Shown here: positions 8,848 to 15,441 of the stretch, in pieces
Position numbering within the stretch: the stretch's first letter is position 1
Layout: every line of letters starts with the position of its first letter
DNA from: Candidatus Micrarchaeia archaeon
GTDB lineage: Archaea; Micrarchaeota; Micrarchaeia; Micrarchaeales; Micrarchaeaceae
Direction of reading: 5' to 3'
Assembly: GCA_049965095.1 (NCBI GenBank)
Contig: JBMFWR010000003.1
Coordinates: forward strand, 5,786-69,785
Length of the DNA: 64,000 nucleotides
Program-made: the position numbers and the translations under genes
The notes under the pieces: generated by a model
The model's input: only the letters and a program-made list of their open reading frames with translations
The model's database searches: none
What the model was told of the DNA's origin: nothing

Positions 8848-9987
8848 TCACAGATTGACATCTATGTTCAGCTGCTCCTTGAGCTCCCTGTACCTGTTCC
8901 TTATCGTAACTTCAGTAACGCCTGCCACATCGGCAACCTCCTTTTGGGTGCGCCTTTCGCCTGCCAGTGCACCCGCAATGTACACCGCTGCGGCACTAAC
9001 GCCCGTTGGACTTCTGCCGGATATGAGACCCCGCTTCATAGCTTCTTTGAGAAGTGATATGGCCTTCTCCTGCGCTTCGCTGCTCAGCTTGAGCGCATTT
9101 ACATATCTAGGTACATAGGCTATAGGATCTGTAAGTGGTATTTTGAGATCGAGCTCATGTGATATTACCCTGTATGCCCTACCTATCTCCTTCTTTGGCA
9201 AACCGGCTATGCTAGCTATCTCGTCAAGCGTTCTTGGCATTCCTGCTTCCCTGCAAGCCGCATATATAACAGCTTGGACTACTGTTTCTATGGGCCTGCC
9301 CCTAATCAGGTTGTTTTGAACGCACTTCCTGTAAAGCAGTGCCGCGCTCTCCCTTATGTTTTCTGGCAGCCCAAGGTAGCTTGAGACTCTATTAAGCTCT
9401 GGAAGCGCTATTAGGTAGTTCCTCTCACTTGAGCTCGCTATGCTTGCTCTCTTGTGCCACTTGCGCATCCTGTAGAGCTGTGCCTGCCTTTTTGAAGGTA
9501 TCCTTACTCCTCTTATGTCCTTGTTGTAAAGGTCTATTTCTGTAACGAGCCCCCTGTTTGATTTCGTGTATTTTATCGGGGCACCTGTCCTTGCTCTTGC
9601 GTTCCTCTGGTCGGAATCGAATGCTCTCCATTCGGGTCCGGTATCTGTCATATTTTCCTCTATCACCAGGCCGCAGTTGTTGCATATAAGCTCACCGCGC
9701 TCGCTGTCATACACCAGATCGGTGCTTCCGCAGCTTGGGCACTTCTTCACTGGCTCGCTGATGCTCATGCTATGCTCGTGCTCAACATGCTCTTCATCTT
9801 CGCTAAATGTATGCTTCGGCCTGCCCCTGCTGCGCTTTTCTGAAGAATCCTCTATGCTTATTTTATTGTCATTCAATACAAGCTTTTTTACTTCTGACTT
9901 TCCTTCTTTTGCTTCGCTTTCGCCATGCGAAGCTGCATTGCTTACCTGCTTATTTTGCGTTTTTTTGCTCTTGTTTTTCTTATCCAT
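8848..9987 (-). CDS. tfb: transcription initiation factor IIB (TFB) with about 77-aa basic/acidic N-terminal extension
   Basis: Zn ribbon CPSCGSTDLVYDSERGELICNNCG, B-reader/linker, and two cyclin-fold repeats to the C terminus. ATG at 9987 preferred over the GTG at 9996. The extension contains KRSRGRPKH. Confidence 0.9.
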   Translation of the reverse strand: MDKKNKSKKTQNKQVSNAASHGESEAKEGKSEVKKLVLNDNKISIEDSSEKRSRGRPKHTFSEDEEHVEHEHSMSISEPVKKCPSCGSTDLVYDSERGELICNNCGLVIEENMTDTGPEWRAFDSDQRNARARTGAPIKYTKSNRGLVTEIDLYNKDIRGVRIPSKRQAQLYRMRKWHKRASIASSSERNYLIALPELNRVSSYLGLPENIRESAALLYRKCVQNNLIRGRPIETVVQAVIYAACREAGMPRTLDEIASIAGLPKKEIGRAYRVISHELDLKIPLTDPIAYVPRYVNALKLSSEAQEKAISLLKEAMKRGLISGRSPTGVSAAAVYIAGALAGERRTQKEVADVAGVTEVTIRNRYRELKEQLNIDVNL

Positions 9988-10042
9988 TTGAACCACTTGA
10001 ACAGTCTAAGCATTTAACAGTCGAAAACTCTATAACAAAGCT

Positions 10043-10104
10043 TTTAAATCTTTCTAAAATAAGTTAAGTATATTACTGACAATTAGATATTTAAACCTTT
10101 CTAT
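10043..10104 (-). promoter_or_regulatory. two BRE/TATA-like motifs upstream of tfb
   Basis: Minus-strand reading gives TTTTAGAAAGATTTAAAA (10043..10060) and ATAGAAAGGTTTAAATATCT (10085..10104). Each is a purine-rich AGAAAG followed by TTTAAA. The same motif recurs upstream of three other genes in this window. Confidence 0.35.
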
Positions 10105-10195
10105 GCCAGGATTGCTTGCAAATGGCTACAAATACATATCTGTCTGCATTGCTTTATTAAAATCCATACATGTTTTCAATACCAATACATTATTG

Positions 10196-10987
10196 CTACA
10201 GGTGCTTGAAGGATTCGTAAAGCCTTTTTATTATAACAATAGTCTGGCTTGGATCCGCCACCATTATGCAATCGATGCCAGTATCAAGTGCTGCATGGTC
10301 GTTGCCACCTTCAAAAAGGGCGTCACCCACATAAAGCATTTGACTTATGCTTATATTAAGGTAGCCTGAAATCCTCTTAATGCCATAAGCCTTGTCGATG
10401 CCTTTTCTTGTTATGTCTATTGAGGTTGTGCCGCCAATTTTCACTTCGAATTGGGGTATTATCTTGTCCAATTCTGCTTTAATCTTCAGCCTCTTTGAAA
10501 GATCCGGATCCTAGAGTTTCTTTTCCTCAAGGGGAGCATCCTGGCCAAGTGCAGAAAATGTTATCTGGGTATTTCTGTCCTCTATTTGGCTCCCATAAAC
10601 CTTTTTGGGCCTTGCAAAGTCGAACATTGCGACTACCTTGCCCAAAGCATCCACTATTTTGGCTTTCTCCTCGCTGCTCATTGAAAGCTCGTACTCCTTG
10701 ACCCATATGTTGCCTCGATAGACGAATAATGAAGTGGCATTTATTGGAAATAGGTACAGATTATGCAAATTGCCTTTATTGAGCTTGCTGGAAAGCTGCT
10801 GCTCGAATTGCTTGTAGCTACCACCTCCAATTACTGCAACTTTCATGTGTTCAAGCAATTTAGCCAGTGCTGCAACCATCTCTTCGCTTATTGGTTGCTT
10901 GCTTGGCGCCAGAGTACCGTCAAGATCTGAGACAAGCAAAGCCTTTTGTGGAAGCTCATTAATGCTTTTTGGGTCTATTAGAGGCAT
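10196..10987 (-). pseudogene. HAD-IIB (phosphomannomutase-like) hydrolase interrupted by one in-frame TAG (10511..10513)
   Basis: The N-terminal ORF (LVSDLDGTLAPSK...GGGSYKQF...) and the C-terminal ORF (...GGTTSIDITRKGIDKAYG...YVGDALFEGGNDHA) are in the same frame. Own translation across the junction reads ...APLEEKKL*DPDLSKRLKIKAELDKIIPQFEV... Confidence 0.7.
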
Positions 10988-11008
10988 AATTCATACCTGT
11001 TTTACAGC

Positions 11009-11234
11009 GTGGCAGGCCGTAGCCCCCTTTTTGTTTTAGGCAGCATTCGTCTGAGCGGCTTAGCCTTGCATGCTCACTGCGCGTGCACCGGCGCGTTTCA
11101 CCCGCACCCCTGCGCTCGTGTTGTCACAGCTTTTGCAGGGCAGCGGTATCGTTTCTGTTCCGGATTAGGCCTTGGGCCATACGCGCTCTGCATGAGGGGA
11201 GCTTCCTCCTTTCGGTAAGCTGCCCGCCTGCCAC
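11009..11234 (-). ncRNA. rnpB: RNase P RNA (compact, about 226 nt)
   Basis: GC-rich island in AT-rich DNA. On the minus strand a terminal helix GUGGCAGGC/GCCUGCCAC (P1) and GGCAGC/GCUGCC (P2) can form. GGAGGAAGCUCCCC resembles CR-I GAGGAAAGUCC and pairs with GGGGGCU near the 3' end (P4). Also present: ACAGAAA, GGGUGAAAC, and CUCAGACGAAUGCUGCC (cf. bacterial CUAGAUGAAUGACUGUCC). Confidence 0.7.
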
Positions 11235-11245
11235 TGCTTTACATT

Positions 11246-11569
11246 TTGGCAGCCAATATTTATATTTATTCCATACATATGTCATTGATGGCAGCGATAT
11301 TTGGAAGTGCGCTCGTGAGCGAGATTATACTTGTAGCGCTCATAGCTATAGTGCTTTACATTGTTTTCAAGATAGGAAAGCTGCTGCTCAGGATAATATT
11401 CGGCATAATTGCAAACAGCATCCTAGGCATAATTGCGATATATGTCCTTGATTATACATTTGCGCTCGGCATACCAATCAGTACACCGGTTATTGCCTCT
11501 GCCGCATTGTTTGGATTACCAGCTGTCGGCACAATGGTAATATTCAGGCTTTTTGGCCTGCCCCTTTAA
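11246..11569 (+). CDS. small membrane protein, BofA-like
   Basis: ...KLLLRIIFGIIANSILGIIAIYVLDYTFALGIPISTPVIASAALFGLPAVGTMVIF resembles the BofA family pattern (N..G....N....GI.I..N......LG.PG). The start is uncertain (TTG 11246 or ATG 11279). Confidence 0.5.
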   Translation: MAANIYIYSIHMSLMAAIFGSALVSEIILVALIAIVLYIVFKIGKLLLRIIFGIIANSILGIIAIYVLDYTFALGIPISTPVIASAALFGLPAVGTMVIFRLFGLPL

Positions 11570-11824
11570 AAACCAGTTATCTGATTTTTCTTTGCACGTT
11601 ATTGTTAGAAGAATTTAGAAATTTTAGGATTTAGATAATTTAGTCAAGGAACTACAATAAATAGATAGGAATAGGCTTCACTTGTCAGCATAAACAACCT
11701 GCCATACGTTATTGCCAAGAGGCACAAACTTTACGGGCCTTGTTTCATCATCGCTGGAAACATACCTTTTTCGGTTCAAAAAATTAATCTTCATAGGAAC
11801 ACCATTTTATATTTTTATCACAAT

Positions 11825-11873
11825 GGCGGATTGGGTGCCTGGGTGGGTCAGACCTTGAGCACACGGCTCCGCC
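11825..11873. other. GC-rich stem-loop island in AT-rich spacer (possible small RNA)
   Basis: GGCGGA...TCCGCC closes a 49-nt GC-rich element with an inner GTGC/GCAC pairing. A TATA-like TTTTATATTTTTA lies about 10-20 nt upstream on the plus strand and a T-tract about 35 nt downstream. Confidence 0.25.
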
Positions 11874-11957
11874 AATATAAGAAACGATTAAGGCTATATA
11901 AAAAGGTTACTCTTTTTAAAATTTGCAACAATCTTTTTTGTTGTTTTGCAATCGCCC

Positions 11958-12167
11958 TTACTGTACTATTGCAAGCTTTACGTCTGATGCATCAACAGTC
12001 TTCCGCTTTGCGTGCCTTGATAATCTCACTGCCTTCTGAGCAACATCGAAAGCAACTTTGTTTACATAGCTTTGCATTGCCTCAACGGCTTCGGTGCTTG
12101 ACCTCTGCGCGCCAGCATCCTTGAGCATCTTTCTTATGACTGATCCGGATATGTACAATTTAAGCAC
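11958..12167 (-). CDS. archaeal histone (HMf family)
   Basis: ...SGSVIRKMLKDAGAQRSSTEAVEAMQSYVNKVAFDVAQKAVRLSRHAKRKTVDASDVKLAI matches the histone-fold pattern of HMfA/B (..R..K.AGA.RVS......L........I...A..LA.HAGRKT....D..LA). GTG start at 12167; TTG at 12158 is also possible. Confidence 0.85.
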   Translation of the reverse strand: MLKLYISGSVIRKMLKDAGAQRSSTEAVEAMQSYVNKVAFDVAQKAVRLSRHAKRKTVDASDVKLAIVQ

Positions 12168-12230
12168 CCCAAGATTTGGTAGTAGCTCTATATTAAATGA
12201 AAGGATTTAAAAGTTGCGCAGGCTTGCCAA

Positions 12231-14345
12231 TTAACGGAACTCTATACCATTTTCCCTAAATATCATCTCAGCAGTCTCTTTTCCTAGCAGAGCCTTCACC
12301 TTTTCTGTATTTTCCCTTACATCTTTTACGCTCCTTATGCCATTGTTGAAAAGGAGCCTTGCACGCACCCTTCCAACCTGATTTAGCCTAACAAGATCCA
12401 TGAGCTCCTCCTTAATTCCGTATCTGAGCCTTACCCTCATGTCTATCAGCTTGTTTGCAGGCTGATGCAATATTCGTGCTATTTCTATTGCTGAATAGAC
12501 AAGCCAATCCGCATTTGTTATCTTGCTGTAGAGCGCGCCAGGAGTTGTTGAGTACTTGCTTACTATATCCTGCTCTTTCGTTTCATCTACCCAATCGTTG
12601 AGCATCATTGCTGTGCTAAATGCTCCTATAGGATCTAGCATATCTAACGCCTCGCGGCTTATCTTGTGTCGGTGCATGTGCATGACATATTCAGCTTCAG
12701 CCTCCTCAGTAACCTTCACATAAGGCTTCATTTCTATTGTGTTTGTAAGCATAAATAGTATGCCTATGCTGTCGTTAGCCATTGGCATGTAGTCCATCAT
12801 TGTTTTGGCTGACAATGGATCTATGTAAAGCTCGCTTACCCTTTTCCCCAGCTTTGTTGCTTCGTATGCACCTGCGTGCTCCTTTATAAAACCCCATCCG
12901 AGCAGATCGTCTATTATGCTGTCTACCATATATGCAATATGCCTCTCGCTCCCAAACTGCATGCCATACAAGGTTTTTAGCATAAACTTGAGCATGCTGT
13001 CTTTGTCGTTGAGGAAGTATTCCGCTATGAAGGAAAGAATGTGAGCTCGAAGTATTGGCGCGATTCCAAGCGCAGACTCAATTGGTTCTGGCTCTGCATT
13101 TATATAATGCTTTGAAAGCTCCTCCATGCGCTCCTTCGTGCCAGCTATTAGCAATGCCCTACCTTCTGTATCGTATTTTGGCCTTCCAGCCCTGCCAAAA
13201 AGCTGCATTACCTCATTGGCGCTAAGCCTTTCGCTAATCCCGTTTTCATACCTGGTTATATCCCTGACAACAACAGTGTGAGCTGGCAGGTTTACGCCAA
13301 GGGCTAACGTAGGCGTGGCACATATGACCTTGACAAGGTTGCTCTTGAACGCATTCTCTATATAGGAGCGCTGCTGGTTCAGCAAGCCTGCATGATGAAA
13401 TGCAACACCTTTGCCCACAAGCGAAGCCAGCTTTGTGCACTGCTCTGTGGGCCTCTGAAGCACGTTAAGCACCTTGCCGCTTATTTCGGCAAGCTGTGCC
13501 TTCTCTTCATTTGCAAGCTTCTCTTCTACATACTGCGCAATCCTGTGTGCCCCAGACTCAGCATTCCTCTTTGTCGAATAGAATATTATTGCTTGCTTGC
13601 CCTTGAGTAGGGTATCCTGCACCACTCTTATTTCTGGTATGCTGCTCGTGCCTTCAAGCTCCGACTCTTCGTAATTATTTTCTTTGACGTAGTAAGCCTT
13701 TTTTCCATATACAACACCCTTGAGCAGCTTTACAGGGCGATAATCGCTTGTTATAAGTTTTGCCTTCAGCCACTTTGCAAGCTCTTCTGCATTGCCCATT
13801 GTAGCGCTCAATGCTATAAGCTGGGCTCTTGACGTGCTGAAAAGCTTTGTTATAAGCAGCTCAAGAGTGGGGCCTCTTGAAGAATCTCCTATCATGTGCA
13901 CCTCGTCAAAGACTATGCAGCCAACGCTGCCAAGCCAGTTTATGCCATGGCGTAGCAGGCTGTCAAACTTCTCGGTTGAGAAGAACATCATGTCGTAATC
14001 AGAGAGCCATGGATCGCTAGAGTCAAGATCACCTATTGATATTGCAGTCTTTATATAGGGATAACTAGTCTTGAACTCCTCGTACTTTTCGGTCGCAAGG
14101 GCGCGCAATGGCGCTATGTATATGGATTTCATACCTTTGCCTATTATGGAATTGGCGCAGGCGAGCTCTGCAATAAGAGTCTTGCCACTTGCCGTAGGAC
14201 TTGCTATGAGCATGTTTTTGCCTTCGAGAAGGCCGTTTCTTATTGCCAACTCCTGAGGCGGCGTGAATGAATATATGCCCCTCTTTGACAAGGATTCCAC
14301 AATCTCGCGCGGCACCTTGCCATCAAGATAAGAAAGTTCCATCAT
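12231..14345 (-). CDS. hel308: Hel308/Ski2-like DNA helicase
   Basis: Walker A ASPTASGKT, DEVH box, SAT, motif VI HHAGL..QR, about 700 aa with a C-terminal HhH-like domain. ATG at 14345 preferred over the TTG at 14363. Confidence 0.9.
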   Translation of the reverse strand: MMELSYLDGKVPREIVESLSKRGIYSFTPPQELAIRNGLLEGKNMLIASPTASGKTLIAELACANSIIGKGMKSIYIAPLRALATEKYEEFKTSYPYIKTAISIGDLDSSDPWLSDYDMMFFSTEKFDSLLRHGINWLGSVGCIVFDEVHMIGDSSRGPTLELLITKLFSTSRAQLIALSATMGNAEELAKWLKAKLITSDYRPVKLLKGVVYGKKAYYVKENNYEESELEGTSSIPEIRVVQDTLLKGKQAIIFYSTKRNAESGAHRIAQYVEEKLANEEKAQLAEISGKVLNVLQRPTEQCTKLASLVGKGVAFHHAGLLNQQRSYIENAFKSNLVKVICATPTLALGVNLPAHTVVVRDITRYENGISERLSANEVMQLFGRAGRPKYDTEGRALLIAGTKERMEELSKHYINAEPEPIESALGIAPILRAHILSFIAEYFLNDKDSMLKFMLKTLYGMQFGSERHIAYMVDSIIDDLLGWGFIKEHAGAYEATKLGKRVSELYIDPLSAKTMMDYMPMANDSIGILFMLTNTIEMKPYVKVTEEAEAEYVMHMHRHKISREALDMLDPIGAFSTAMMLNDWVDETKEQDIVSKYSTTPGALYSKITNADWLVYSAIEIARILHQPANKLIDMRVRLRYGIKEELMDLVRLNQVGRVRARLLFNNGIRSVKDVRENTEKVKALLGKETAEMIFRENGIEFR

Positions 14346-14380
14346 TATTGATTCTGCATGCAAATATTAAAAGCTCTCAT

Positions 14381-15271
14381 TTACATTGTGTCTTTGGTAC
14401 CAGATCCAAAGCTCAGCTGCTTGCCAACACGGCGATGCTTGAATATGATCATGTCATGGTCCGGATCAAGCTTGCCTTTCAATGCAAAAGGCACGGTATC
14501 TTCATGCGCTTCAGATTTTGACACCGAAGCATGGGTTATTATTGAATTGTCGTGCCTGACTAGATTGGACTCATTGATATTTGTGTTATATACAAAAACA
14601 TTACTACCTTTAAGGAAAACCTCGTGGGTTGGCGCTTCTACCACATGGCTGAAGGTTTTAAGGCCTTTGAAGTTGGCATCTTGGCTTGCTGGAATGCTGT
14701 TATTGCTGTTTATTCTAGCATGCATCGCCTTTTCTTCTGCATCCATGCCTTCTTTCCTCATTATGCTTTTAAGCACTGGGGATTTCCTGCTTTCTGCATT
14801 GAGCTCAACGCGCTTAAGCATTTCAGCAAACATTGCATTGCCAGCATCGATGCTTTCTACAACAAAGTTCTCGCTTGCCATGCTTTTGCGCTGCTGCAAA
14901 TCATTAAGATTGGTTTGATAAAGCTGCATGTCTGTTTTCGTGCTTACCTGGTTGCTCAATATGCTGAACAGCGACAAAGCCTGCAGTTTCTTTACAAAGC
15001 GCACCGATGAAAGTTTGGACTTGCCATCGCTGAGCGCCAGTATAATCTTTGAGCCCAGAATGCCTTTTCTCATTGAGACCATGCTAATGTTGCTGTAGAA
15101 TATTGAATTATAGGTGCTTGCAAAGAGGCGCTTGTTGGCTACTATCAGCCTCTTGTTTGTTGTTATGAGCCACGATGCCAAATTGAGCTTCGCTATGCCC
15201 CTCTTTGCCTTGTATATTACGTGCTCTCCCGGAAGCAGTACTAAATCTAGATGTTCGTAGTCGTTAGACAT
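14381..15271 (-). CDS. hypothetical protein with N-terminal PH-like (bPH/GRAM-like) segment
   Basis: 296 aa. The N terminus LLPGEHVIYKAKRG...WLITTNKRLIV...ISMVSMRKGILGSKIIL resembles bacterial/archaeal PH-like domains. The rest is unrecognised. Confidence 0.5.
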   Translation of the reverse strand: MSNDYEHLDLVLLPGEHVIYKAKRGIAKLNLASWLITTNKRLIVANKRLFASTYNSIFYSNISMVSMRKGILGSKIILALSDGKSKLSSVRFVKKLQALSLFSILSNQVSTKTDMQLYQTNLNDLQQRKSMASENFVVESIDAGNAMFAEMLKRVELNAESRKSPVLKSIMRKEGMDAEEKAMHARINSNNSIPASQDANFKGLKTFSHVVEAPTHEVFLKGSNVFVYNTNINESNLVRHDNSIITHASVSKSEAHEDTVPFALKGKLDPDHDMIIFKHRRVGKQLSFGSGTKDTM

Positions 15272-15326
15272 TAAATCCTCAGTGACCTTACCCCTATCAA
15301 AATGCGGTCAAAATATTTTCTTAACA

Positions 15327-15346
15327 AGATATTTAAACCTTTCTAT
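15327..15346 (-). promoter_or_regulatory. BRE/TATA-like motif, identical 20-mer to 10085..10104
   Basis: Plus strand AGATATTTAAACCTTTCTAT = minus strand ATAGAAAGGTTTAAATATCT. It lies about 60 nt upstream of the minus-strand gene starting at 15271 and in the divergent spacer before the pilin-like operon. Orientation is ambiguous because TTTAAA is palindromic. Confidence 0.35.
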
Positions 15347-15441
15347 AAAACATGCAAAATAAATTAAAAGTATGTTTCCGCATTGCTTTGGCATGCCAAC
15401 ACTACCTATTAATTTCTTTTTTGTTATATATTATTGATTTG

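Noticed and set aside
10103-10369. 88-aa plus-strand ORF beginning right after the promoter-like 20-mer
   Set aside because: It is entirely antisense to the conserved C-terminal half of the HAD hydrolase and has odd composition with no motif. The 20-mer is better explained as a minus-strand BRE/TATA.
10511-10513. In-frame TAG in the HAD hydrolase as pyrrolysine or a reassigned sense codon
   Set aside because: TAG clearly terminates well-supported genes in the same window (the same HAD gene at 10196..10198, thiI, the RIO kinase). No pyl genes are seen. A nonsense mutation or sequencing error is more parsimonious, though low-level readthrough cannot be excluded.
11009-11234. GC-rich structured element as SRP (7S) RNA
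   Set aside because: It lacks the helix-8 GNAR tetraloop/AGCA-type symmetric loop signature. It does show RNase P CR-I-like GGAGGAAGCUCC, a P4 pairing partner, and the AGACGAAUGCUGCC 3' motif.
11009-11451. Plus-strand ORFs 11009..11218 (69 aa) and 11083..11451 (122 aa)
   Set aside because: They overlap the RNase P RNA. Their Arg/Cys/Pro/Ala-rich translations are what a GC-rich non-coding element yields. The 122-aa ORF is also out of frame with the better-supported BofA-like membrane ORF.
15352-15441. 30-codon N-terminal extension of the first giant pilin-like gene (track start at 15352)
   Set aside because: It would place about 37 residues, including a hydrophobic stretch, before the KA/Q cleavage motif. 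The class III signals of the other four pilin-like proteins here have 3-13-residue leaders. ATG 15442 gives a canonical leader. No TSS data are available, so this remains a judgement call.
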